From positions 6,636,001 to 6,700,000 of the forward strand of contig JASTWF010000033.1 in NCBI GenBank assembly GCA_030390025.1: a DNA stretch of 64,000 nt. Direction: 5' to 3'. Source of the stretch: Squalus acanthias. Lineage: Eukaryota. Positions 24,935 to 35,805 of this stretch are shown piece by piece (the first letter of the stretch is position 1; each line of letters begins with the position of its first letter). Under the pieces are notes generated by a model. That model was not told the DNA's origin. It saw only the letters and a list, made by a program, of their open reading frames with translations, and ran no database searches. A program made the position numbers and the translations under genes.

Positions 24935-25335
24935 ATGGAATATACAGCACACAAACAGGCCATTCGGCCCAATCAGTCTGTGCTGGTGTTTATGCTCCAC
25001 ACCAGGCTCCTCTCATTGCATCTACCTCAATTCAAATTCTCAGAATATCTTTCTAGTCCCGTTTCTAGCCTTTAGTGGTCTAGTACATTATGAAAGAATC
25101 TAGCCTATTTTCCTCAAGCACTTCCTGTGCTAATATGTTCCACATACTATCCACTCTCTGAGTACAGAAATTGCTCCTTATTTCCCTATTGAATTTATTA
25201 GTAACTGTCTTGTATGTATGACCCCAAGTGTTGCATTCTCCCACAAGTGTAAACATTATCTCCACATCTACCCTGTCCAAACCATTCATAATTTTAAAGA
25301 TCTCTATTAGGTCTCATATAAGTCCTCTCTATTCT
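24935..25335 (-). mobile_element. Old CR1 3' end
   Basis: Minus ORF GLDRVDVEIMFTLVGE...NFCTQRVDSMWNIL matches the CR1 ORF2 C-terminus seen in the other copies. Confidence 0.8.
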
Positions 25336-25344
25336 ATAGCTTTC

Positions 25345-26204
25345 CCAATAGCTGCAATCGTTCAGTTCTGGTGCCGTCCAAGTAAATATTTTTTAAGGCC
25401 GAAGCTATTGGACCCTTCACGAAGTCCGTTGCTTAGCCACGGACTCCATCCCTCTTATGAGCACCAGTTTGCTGTTTGCACTCTTGGTGTCGTATTTGAC
25501 CACGGGATGATCTTCCGACCGGATATTCATTCCATCACCAGGAAGGCTTACTTCTATCTCCGTAAAATCGCCGAACTTCGCCCCTGCCTCAGCTCATCTG
25601 CTGCTCAAATCATCATCCATGCCTTTGGTAGCTCTAGATTTGATAACACTAACTTTCTCCTGGCCGGCTTCCCATCTCCCACCCTCCATAAATTGAGCTC
25701 ATCCAAAGCTCTGTTGCCCGTAACCTAACCCACACCAAATCCCCGCAAACCACCACCCCTGTGCTCGCTGACCTACATTGACTCCAGTTCCGTCAATGCC
25801 AACATTTTAAAATTATCATCCTTGCTTTCAAATCCCTACATGGCCTCGCCCTCCCTATCTCTGCAAGCTCCACCAGTCCCACAGCACTCCCGAGATCTCT
25901 GTGTTCCTCTAATTCTGGCGTCTTCCACAACCCTGATTGTAACCGCTCCACCATTGGCGGCTGTGCTTTCAGCTGCCTGGGCCCTAAGCTCAGGAATCCC
26001 CTCTCTAAACCTCTCTGCTTCTCTAAATCTCCCTCCTCCTTTAAGATTCTGCTTAAAACTTACCACTTTGATTAAGCTTTTGGCCATCTTTCCAGATATC
26101 TCCTTATGTGGCTCAGGGTCAGGTTTTGTTCAATAACGCTCCCGTGAATCGCTTGGTTAATTTTACTATGTTAAAGGCGCTATATAAATACAAGTTGTTG
26201 TTGT
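25345..26204 (+). mobile_element. L2-clade LINE 3' fragment
   Basis: LGVVFD...IHSITRKAYFYLRKIAELRPCLS...IIHAFGSSRFDNTNFLLAGFP is the L2 C-terminal signature. The tail is AAAGGCGCTATATAAATACAAG(TTG)n. Confidence 0.85.
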
Positions 26205-28800
26205 AAGTAATTTTTGCACTTTCTCCAGTTCTTCTATGTCCTTTTTACATTATGGAGACCATAACTATGCTCAGTTCTCTAAGTGTGACCTGACCCGGGT
26301 CCTATACATGTTTAATACAATTTACAAAGTATTTACAGCACAGAGATAGACCAATCGACTCAAATTGTCCATGTTGCTGTCCATGCTCCACACGAGCCTC
26401 CACCCACCCTCCTTCTTCTAACCCAGTAAAAATATCGTTCTATTCCTTTCCCCCTCATGAGCTTGTCTCACCAGTCCGTTTTATAAGATGGAGACCATTT
26501 TCACAGTACACCAAGTGTGATCTAACCAAGGTTCCATACAAGTTTAACATAACTTCTATTCTTTACAATTCTATCCCTCTAGAAATGAACCCCAGTGCTT
26601 TCTTTGTTTTTATGGCCTTATCAACCTGCATTGCAACCTTTAGTGATTTATGTAACTGTACCCTCACATCCCTCTTTCCCTCAAACCCGTTTAGAACTTA
26701 TTTTCCAAGGAGTCTGTGACCTCCGCATTCTTCCTACTAAAATGCACTACCTCACATTTCTCTATATGAGGTTCATTTGCCAGTTACACGCCCATTCTTC
26801 CAGTTTAATAACGTCTTCCTGGATTTTGTCGCAGTCCTCCTCTGTATTAAGTATAAATCCCCATTGGTGTAGCATCCACAATGTTTGAAATTGCACTTAC
26901 GATTCCTGAGTCCGAATTGTTTAAGTAAATGGTGAACAAAAGTGTTCCCAGCATCGTTGCTTGTGAAACACCACTTCCCACCATTGGCATACTTCACTTC
27001 TTTTGAATTCTATCGCCTAAGAAATAAACCCCAATTAATTGTTAGCATTTTAATTGCTTTGCTATGCAGTGATTCTGCTTTTCATTATTTGTTCACCTGT
27101 AGCCCCAGAGCCCTCTGCTATTCTGCCACGTTCAGTTTCTTATTTTCTAAGGTATCGGTGAAAATAGATTCATGGAATGATACAGCACAGAAGGAGGCCA
27201 TTAGGCCCACCGTACCTGTGCCGGCTCTTTGGAACAGCTGTCCAATTAATCCCACTCCTCTTCTCTTTCCACAGTATTTTTATTTATCGCAAGTATTTTT
27301 TAGCAAATTCCCTTTGAAAGTTACTATTGAATCTGCTTCCACCGCCCTATCAGGCAGCGCATTCCAGATCACAACAACTCGCTGTGTGAAGCAAAAGCTT
27401 CCTCATGTTGTCTCTGGTTCTTTTTGTCAATCACATAAAATCTGTGTCCTTTGGTTACCGACCCCACTGCGACTGGAAACAGTTGCTCCTTAATTACTCT
27501 ATTAAATCTATTTAGGCTTTACAACACCTCTATCACATCTCCTCTTAACCTGCTCTGTTCTAATCAGAACAACCTCAGCTTCTCCAGTCTCTCCACATAA
27601 CTGAAGTCCCTTATCCCTGGTACCATTCTAGCAAATCTCTTCTGCACACGCTCCAAAGCTTGACATTTTTCTAAAGAGTGGTGCCCAGAATTGGACACAA
27701 TACTCCAGCTGAAGCCTAATCAGTGCCTTATGAAGTTTTAGCATAACTTCCTTGCTTTTGTACTCTACTGCTTATTAAAAAAGCGAAGGATCCCGTATGC
27801 TTTATTAACATTATTCTCAAATTAGCCGGCCGCATTCAAGGATAATTGTACATATATGCCTAGGTCTCTCTGAACCTGCAGCCCCTTTAAAATTGAACCA
27901 TTTACTTCACATTGCCTCTTCTGATTTTTCACTTCACAATTCTCTGTGTTAAATAGAATCTGTCAATTATCTGCCTAATTGAATCAGAGTTCGGGCTATG
28001 TTGTAAGCAAAGGGATTGGATTCGGGAAAAAAACCGCCATCAGAGACGTGTAGGATCATATTCGGGACGTCTCTGAAGCTCTCAAACCCACCAGCAAAGG
28101 AAAAGTTTATAAGGGTAAAGACCCAGCCAAATTGTCTTGCCATTTAGGGTCTTGATTTCTGCTCCAATTATATTTTATTGGGTTAATGCAAAATATGCCA
28201 GTAAACTGAGTAAGAAGATAACTTTATATGCAGCAATGAGGGTCAGTTAGAAGGTATTGCATGAATTACTTTCAAAGCGAAGGTGAGCCATGATCGTATT
28301 GAATGGTGGAGCAGGATCGAAGGGCCGAATGGCCTGCTCCTTCTCCTATTTCTTATGTTCTCTTGTTGACCCGTCAGTCTTCGTCCTCTTGAAGTATGTT
28401 ACTATCCTCCTCATTGTGTACTACATTTCCGAGGTTCGATACCCTGTGTACCCAAATCTAGTTCATTAAAATTTATCAAAGAGTGCACTGGTCCTAATAG
28501 CAACCCCTGGGGAACACCACTGTATATTTCCCTCCAGTCTGAAAAACAACCCGTCACCACTACTCTCTGCTTTCTGACCCTTAGACAATTTGGTATCCAT
28601 GCTGCCCTGTCCCATTAATCCCATGGGCTACAATTTAAGGCAAAGGTATGTCACGTGGTTTTTGTCAAACGCCTTTTGAAAGTCTGTGCACACAACATCA
28701 ACCGCACTACCCTCATGATGCTTTTATTTTCCTATTAAAGTGCATCACCTTGCACTCATCGATGTTCAACTTCACTTGCCACTTAACTGCGCAGTCTATA
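26205..28800 (-). mobile_element. Cluster of decayed CR1 fragments, mostly minus strand, with a short plus-strand 3' UTR at ~28280-28360
   Basis: Reverse-complement similarity to CR1 RT and 3' regions (e.g. KWQVKLNIDECKVMHF; the PQG region near 28505). No long ORFs. Confidence 0.65.
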
Positions 28801-29099
28801 TATTTTCTAATGTCTATTGTAAGATGCCATGTAGAGAAATGTCTCTTCAATATTTGAAGCAAAGCATCAGTGTATTGAATAAAAAAAATACTTAATAAAG
28901 GCGGCAATTTAAAACTGGGTGTGGTTTTGGAATTTTAGCAGAAAATCTAAGGATGTTTTGCAGATTTCCTCCTGGCCTGTCACTTTGTACGACTGCTTTT
29001 CGAAGAAGTTGGTGAAGATAATATTTATTTCAAATCACAGAACTGAACTCCTGTTTGCTTCACCCACACTTTGTGACTTTCGTTATCTTTTATGCATCG

Positions 29100-29586
29100 A
29101 ACATCCTAAACTCCTCCCCACCCTACCTAACATCCTCATCTCCTCCCAACCCCACCTAATATCCTCAGCTCCTCCCCACTCCACCTAATATCCTCATCTC
29201 CTCCCCACCCCACCTAATATCCTCAGCTCCTCCCCACTCCACCTAATATCCTCAGCTCCTCCCCACCCCACCTAATATCCTCAGCTCCTCCCCACCCTCC
29301 CTAATATCCTCGGCTCCACCCCGTCACACCTAATATCCTCAGCTCCTCCTGAACCCAGCAAATGTCCTCAGCTCCTCCCCACCCCACCTAATATCCTCAG
29401 CTCCTCCCCACCCTCCCTAATATCCTCGGCTCCACCCCATCACACCTAATATCCTCAGCTCCTCCTGAACCCAGCAAATGTCCTCAGCTCCTCCCCACCC
29501 CACCTAATATCCTCGGCTCCACTCCATCACAGCTAATATCCTCAGCTCCTCCTGAACCCAGCAAATCTCCTCAGCTCCTCCCCACC
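29100..29586. repeat. 29-bp C-rich minisatellite (CACCTAATATCCTCAGCTCCTCCCCACCC)
   Basis: CCTAAT recurs at 29155, 29184, 29213 and onward. A variant unit CCTGAACCCAGCAAAT recurs at 29348, 29464 and 29551. Confidence 0.95.
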
Positions 29587-29772
29587 AATGTTCCCTCGAA
29601 TTTTTTTGTACTGAGCTTCCACGAACTCCTTTGAACGACCTTTTCGTCCGCGGGCAAATTTTACAACAACTTTTAGAAAATCAACTTTTCAACAACGACA
29701 GCAGCAACAACCAATTAGAATCATATATACAGTAATGAGATACTGCCACCACAACCTCTCAAATCATGAGAT

Positions 29773-30307
29773 TGTAAGAGTAAAAAATGGAATTGTAATA
29801 ATGTAAGAGCAAATAAGTTGTAATGTTTAAGATTAGTTGAACTGCTTAAAGGACTATAGTAAAGGTCAAAGTGTCTCCCGAAAGCATGGAGACAGGGGTA
29901 TCATTAGATAAAAGACCAACTTGCTTAGGCTGCAGTATTGTAATGCAGACACCGCAGAACAGAAAATGTGAAACATTGTCTTTCTATAAACTAACCTCGA
30001 ATAGGTGTAAGAATGAAACCAATGCAGCACAGATGGCTGATAAATAGCAGAAGTAAAAGAATAAGTTTTGCTAACAGTGTAAATTCAACCTAAGGTTCAC
30101 CTATGATGTAACCCTAACCCTAACTGTGCTGATGTTTGTATTTTTTTGGTCTTTTGGAAGTGTATAAAGAAGCGTGGCAGCCATTGTTAAATTGAGAAGC
30201 TGATCATGAGACCGTAGTCTATGGTCTTGCTCCCAGAGCGCTCTGAAGAATAAACTGTGATCTTTTGCTTTTAAGACAGACTCGAGTGAATTAATTTTTC
30301 ACCAACA
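29773..30307 (+). repeat. 5' LTR
   Basis: TGTAAGAGTAAAAAA...TTTTCACCAACA, with TATAAA at 30163 and AATAAA at 30249. Immediately followed by the PBS; homologous to 35284-35805. Confidence 0.93.
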
Positions 30308-30309
30308 AT

Positions 30310-30327
30310 TGGCGTAGTCGGCAGGAT
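30310..30327 (+). promoter_or_regulatory. Primer-binding site for tRNA-Ser
   Basis: TGGCGTAGTCGGCAGGAT is the reverse complement of the 3' 18 nt of vertebrate tRNA-Ser (ATCCTGCCGACTACGCCA, recalled from memory) and lies 2 nt after the LTR. Confidence 0.88.
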
Positions 30328-32183
30328 GCTCTGTGATTGAAAGACAGCCCATACCAGAGAAGCCGGACGAGAAGTCAAATTTTGACCATCCAGAAATTGA
30401 ATCGCTTGGGACGGCGGAGAGGCAGTGCCATAGCATCACGAATCAGGTGAAAGTCTGTTAGAGGTAGGAGAACACAGTTGTTTGAGTGTCGATCGCGTCT
30501 ACTAATGGAACACTGTGTAGCGATAAATGTTACGAAGGTATGAGTAATTGACTGATCGATACGGACAAGGAGGGCGCCTGTCTCACACACCTTGCCTGAG
30601 CCGGAATTAAGAGGGCGATTGGGCCCGACATAATGGCCAGGATCAAGTAGGTGTAGAGAACCAAAGCACCCTGGGATCGTGAAGTCAATTAATATATGTG
30701 TGTGTGCTGTGACTACGTAACCGCTTCAAGTCTTTTAAGGTATAAAGAACTAACCCGATTAGAGCAACTCAGTATTTGGTAAGACTGTAAGTTGGACTAT
30801 ATATGGCGTGGTAGAAAGAAATAGAATAGGGACGAATGGTGCCCTTACTATGTTCTATGCAGACGACCGGAAGGGTTTAGGTGATAAGATGATGAAGGAG
30901 GGGTGGGACCCGCTCCAGAATCCGAAGGTGAGAGAGAGTGGTAGAGGGTCAAAAACAGAAAAAACGAAAAAGGCGAGGGTAATACTAGTAAACCAAGTAG
31001 TCGCATTAACTAACAAGGTACAACGACTGCACACTAAACTTGAAGTAAAAATGAAAGAATTCTTGAATTCGAACAAAAGCTATTATTATACAAAGGAGGT
31101 TTCAAGTACGGTCTCACTCTGCGGGAATGAGGAAGAGACGTACGTCTGACAACAATTAACCAAGGGAAGATGATTAAGAAAGGGTATGAGTCAGGAAGCA
31201 AACCGACATGGAAGTTATTAATATTTGTGCCGAGACAAATAAAACTCAAGATTTGCTAAGTGACAGGAACTTTGTGAAAGTGTGTTAAAGATTGAAAGTT
31301 TGCCTGACTGTGAATGTTTAAGAAGTCACAGTATTTCTTTGTCTAAAAATCTGTCTTTAAAAAACGGAAGACAGTTTTCTTTTACCTCCACCCACTCTTT
31401 TGTACAGAGAGCTGAAAGCTGTTTAACCCTTTAGAGACCTGTCTTGAATGACGGACAAGTGTGTTGTTTTAAGTTTGTTAATTGTTTTACAAAAGATAAG
31501 CTTCAGCCTTGAAGTCACAGTTGCCAATGTGCCTGGAAGAAAATGAATTTGTATGTTTACAAGGCATGAGTAATTGTTTCTAAGTTAGTGTGTATTTTTA
31601 TTTTCCAAGTGATACTGGTTAGTTTAAAAAAACTGATCTGGATTGAATTGGAGTTAGTGGTGAATTAACCTATTAAAACCAGACTTTCATTGTGGCCAAG
31701 GTTAAATTCTGGTTGCTGTAAATTTGTGTACAAGATTGTGCACCCAGAATTGAAACAAAACTTCAAACTATAATTTAAGTTAAGCTGGTGTGTAGAAACT
31801 GAGAAGAAAAACAAAAAGTTTGTTCAACAAAAGATTAAGTTTCTGTCTAAGATTTAACCTTGGAGTCGCGGTTACTATGGTGGAATCCTCCGAAGCAATT
31901 TGCTTAAATGTTAAAAAAAACTAATTTTTCTCCAGTTGTAAGCAACAACTTTAGTATGGCTGAACGAAATTTAAAGATATTGGACATTATTAAATTCAAG
32001 TGTCCTAATTTTAAGTTAGTATTTCCCCACAGTGATGGAAGGAAAATTAAGATTTGATACATTAACCCCTTGGGCTCTTAAACAGAATTATATCAGATTG
32101 CCGAAAAGTAAAATGGGAAACAATCCTATGACCAAGAGAAGGATCAGTATTAATACAATAAACCCAGCATCTGGAATATTAAC

Positions 32184-32757
32184 AGAAGGAGTTATATGAC
32201 CTACTCTGGAAAGGTAGTAAAACATGGAAAGCTAATAGAAAGGTTAGTTAAGGCGACACAGGCACCTTTAGAAACCACGGTAATTAAAATAAAGGCCCAC
32301 ACGAAGATAGACATGGACTCAACGGAGCCCCAGGATCAGGCTTCATAGGAAATCGGTATGCAGATTTGGCCGCAAAACTAGCCACGTTTAAACACGAGAT
32401 AAATATGGTCATGTCAGCCAGTGGGGTACAGGAAGTGAATATAGTGGAGGTACAAGAAAATACTAGTAAAGAGGAAAAGGAGAGATAGAAACAAGCTGGC
32501 GCACAGTTACGAGATAGAATTTAGAGATGGGGCCCACGAAACCAGGTGGTGGCACCGGAATGTTTAGACAACAACTGATGGGGCTGTACCATGTTGTAAC
32601 ACATACCGGCAGAAGAAACATGTTGCACCTACTGACACAGTACTGGTGGTGGCCAAAGATGGGTCGAGAGGTGGCGAAGTATTGTCACCGTTGTATAATA
32701 TGCGCTAAGAATAATGTAGGACAGAGATGCAGAGTTAGAGCAGCAAACCAACTGTGA
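32184..32757 (+). pseudogene. pol: ERV pol-like module 1: RNase H C-terminal half, linker and integrase HHCC zinc finger (stops and frameshifts)
   Basis: Hand translation gives RRSYMTYSGKVVKHGKLIERLVKATQAPLETTVIKIKAH, then GNRYADLAAK after a frameshift, then YHVVTHTG...WWWPKMGREVAKYCHRCIICAKNN. Confidence 0.8.
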
Positions 32758-33955
32758 TAGGTAGAGGGATCTCCCCGGACAGGATGGGCAGTAGTAAATG
32801 ATCAGTTGGAAACAGAAATGTCGGGAAGGTTAGACGGAGGCTTGTCGGCACAAGTAGCCGAGATAGTAGCGTTAACAAAGGCGCTAGAATTAGCAAGGGG
32901 AAAGACAGTAAACATCTACACGGATAGTAGATATGCATTCGGAGTGGTACACGATTATATGACAGCTTGGGGGAGGAGGGGGTTTGTGACAACCGGAGGG
33001 GATCGCATGAAACACCAGCAGCGAATAGAGGCCCTCTTGGAAGCCACGAAAGCCCCAGCACAAGCTGCAGTAATAAAAATCAAAGCGTACCAGAAGATAC
33101 AGAATCAGGAGTAAAAAAGGGAACCAGGCCGCTGATCTAGCAGCACAGCGAGCTCTTGAACAAGAAATGGTTGAAGGGAACGTAGCTAGTGCACAGGTAG
33201 AGGAAATAGGTATCAGTAAATTGCATGCAGACGCCCCAGAAGTCGAAAGACAGGAATGGTACCGAGTAGGGGGTAGACCAGATGAAGAGGCAATATGACG
33301 AAAGAATGGAAAGGTGATAGCCCCCGTGTGCATCAGACAGATACTTTTAGAACTACATCATGGAAGCGCCCATACAGGAAGGGGGTCAATAAAACAGAAA
33401 TTCCACATCCCACACCATCCTCAAAGTGCTGGAATGTTAGAAAGAATGAATCGCACCTTAAAAACAGCGGTAGGCAAAGCATTGGGGGAAAAACAGCAAC
33501 GGTGGCTGGATGTGCTACCCACAGTATTAATGAAACTAAGAGCCACCCCAAATCGAACCACGGGCCTATCACCATATGAGCTAATCACGGGGAGGGCAAT
33601 GCAGCTCCCCCATGGTATAATGACTGGAGGAGAAAATGTGGGTCCCCTAAAGGATAAACTCGGCAGATATGTCCTGGAACTGAGTAACCAATTAAAAGAA
33701 ATGAAACAGCAAACTAGGGAAAGACAGGAAGAAACAGATAAAGATTTGGAATTGACCACATTTCCATATATCCCTCCAGCGGGGACCAAGGTAATGGTTA
33801 AGAATCTACCAGGAAAACCAGGGTTCGCCCCAAAATGGTCAGGGCCATATCAGATTTTAAATGGTGGGGATACGTGTGCTTGCATTAATATAAAGGGCAT
33901 GGGACGATGGAAGCACTGAACGCAGCTGAAAGCCTATGACCTTTCACCAATTTAA
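32758..33955 (+). pseudogene. pol: ERV pol module 2: RNase H and integrase with an internal deletion
   Basis: GWAVV...SAQVAEIVALTKALELARGKTVNIYTDSRYAFGVVH is a class I-type RNase H, followed by GNQAADLAA. LHHGSAHTG is joined directly to HPQSAGMLERMNRTLK, so the CC pair and both catalytic Asp are missing. Ends with TGLSPYE and the KWSGPY motif. Confidence 0.92.
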
Positions 33956-34289
33956 GAATGGCTACACCAGAGCAAGTACCTTTTGTAGAAAGTGAAGAAT
34001 ATGCTAAACAACATGACGAATGGGAATGCACGCTGACACAAACACTGGTTTGGATAATATGTATTATGTTGAAAAGATTTACCTTGGGATATATCCTGAA
34101 ATATGTATGGGAATGGTCCCGTCAACTCCGACCTGTTGAACCATGGGAAGAAATCCAAATGATTATGATCGAGCAACCAGCTTAATAACAATATTCTATT
34201 CACCCCCACAGGAAAATAGAATTTACAAGCAACAAAGTGGTTAGGTTGGCGATATAGCCTTTGGGACATTGTTAACATAAAGTGATAAG

Positions 34290-34793
34290 ATGAACGTGTT
34301 ACGCGATATCATGTGTAGTTTGCTTGTTTGTGTAAACATAATATGTAGCCTTGGGAGGACTCAGGCTAGAGTACCCCCACGGGCCAAAAAGAGAGTTACG
34401 GGTAAATTGGCAAGGGAATCCATTAACATGGCACTTGACTATGTGTTGGCAGAAAAAGGGGGAACCTGTGCCCTAATAGGTACAGAATGTTATACCTGCA
34501 TACCAGACAGCTCAGAAGAAATAACTAACTTGGCAGAACACATACAGGAAGAAGTAAAAACGTTAACACAAACTCCGGCATCCACCCTTTGGGGCTGGAC
34601 AACTGGATGGTTGGGATCATTCGGGACATCAGTACTACAAGGATTGATTTTGTTCTTTGTTATAATATTAATGATGTATGGTCTGGTTTTATTGCTGAAA
34701 TGTTGCTGCGCCCAAATGGCAAAATATGTCGTTCCAGCAGCACCAGTGGGACAGGTGTATCGTAACATAAAATATAGATCTCTGTTTATCTAA
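34290..34793 (+). pseudogene. env: env remnant: putative N-terminal hydrophobic segment fused to the C-terminal half of a gamma-type TM subunit
   Basis: MALDYVLAEKGGTCALIGTECY is the end of the immunosuppressive domain plus a degenerate CX6CC. A hydrophobic membrane anchor (LILFFVIILMMYGLVLLL) follows. SU is absent. Confidence 0.88.
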
Positions 34794-35271
34794 GAAAAGA
34801 AAATGCTTACGCGCAGGTAACGTTTGTATTAATGCATGTGTAAAACTTTAGAGATAGAGTAGAATAGGGACAAACCATTGGTTGCGGCATATGACACAAG
34901 AAGAAACAGACAAACAGATGAAGAAGGGAACAATTTTAAGCTACAAGGAATACGTCTACACAAGGAAGAAATGGATCATCGATATTTCAAAGAGAAGGAA
35001 ATGTTCATGACAAGTCAGGCGGAGGACGGAAAAAAAACGGAAGAGGTGCGGAAGAACCTAACTTAAATGGTACGAATAACTCAAAAGTCATGATGTGACT
35101 GGACTGTGTCTTTCTCTCTCGTTCTCCCGAGCGCGTTCTCATTTACATTGGACTGTGAAACAACAATAACATCGTCAAAATACCTCGTCAACAGAGCATA
35201 AGAAACTGTGTTCCACCGTTATAACCATGGTGTGATGGTCCCCAAGACAAATCAAGCTTTGGCCAGGAACC

Positions 35272-35283
35272 AATAGGAGGGAC
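35272..35283 (+). promoter_or_regulatory. Polypurine tract
   Basis: AATAGGAGGGAC lies directly before the TG of the 3' LTR. Confidence 0.75.
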
Positions 35284-35805
35284 TGTAAGAGTAAAAAAAA
35301 AATAATTGTAATAATGTAAGGGCAAATCAGTTGTAATGCTTAAGATTAGTTGAACTGCTCAAAGGACTATAGTAAAGGTCAAAGTACCTCCCGAAGGCTA
35401 CAAGCCGATGGAGACAGGGGTATAATTAGATAAAGAGCGACTTCCTTAGGCTGCAGTATAGATAATGCAGAAACTGCAGAACAAACATGTGAATTATTGT
35501 TTTTTATAATAAAGTAGCCTCGAAAGGACTAAGAATGAAACTTGGCTGACTAAAAAGCAGAAGTAAAAGATGAGTTCCGCTAACATTGTAAGATTCTGAT
35601 CAAGTTGTAATTAGAGACTCTGATGTAATGACTGTGCTGAGGTTTGTATTTTCTGGCTTCTTGAGGTGAATTGAGAAGCTGGTCATGAGTCCGTAGGCTA
35701 TGATCCTTCTCCCAGAGCGCTCTGAATACTCCCGGAGCGCTCTGAATATTAATTTGTGATCTTTTGCTTCAAGACAAACTCGAGTGAATTAATTTTTCAC
35801 AAACA
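35284..35805 (+). repeat. 3' LTR
   Basis: TGTAAGAGTAAAAAA...TTTTCACAAACA. Colinear with the 5' LTR but with many substitutions and indels; it lacks the TATAAA block and has an internal duplication of CTCCC(A/G)GAGCGCTCTGAATA. Confidence 0.92.

Larger units (their letters stand above)
29773..35805 (+). mobile_element. Endogenous retrovirus, class I (gamma/epsilon)-like, internally deleted and defective
   Basis: TG...CA LTRs at both ends, a PBS, a PPT, RNase H, integrase and env-TM remnants. No recognisable capsid, protease or RT. Confidence 0.93.

Noticed and set aside
30109..30124. TAACCCTAACCCTAAC telomere-like motif in the 5' LTR
   Set aside because: Under three units and absent from the 3' LTR; compatible with local slippage.
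30808..31149. ORF at the expected gag position
   Set aside because: It may be a gag N-terminal remnant, but there is no capsid major homology region or zinc knuckle, so it is not called.
32486..33919. Trp-to-stop changes in ERV pol (TAG 32486, TAG 32522, TGA 33296, TGA 33917) suggesting APOBEC-type G-to-A editing
   Set aside because: TGG to TAG/TGA is a common neutral route to nonsense codons and also appears in the CR1 at 6613-9420. A family consensus is needed to test strand bias.
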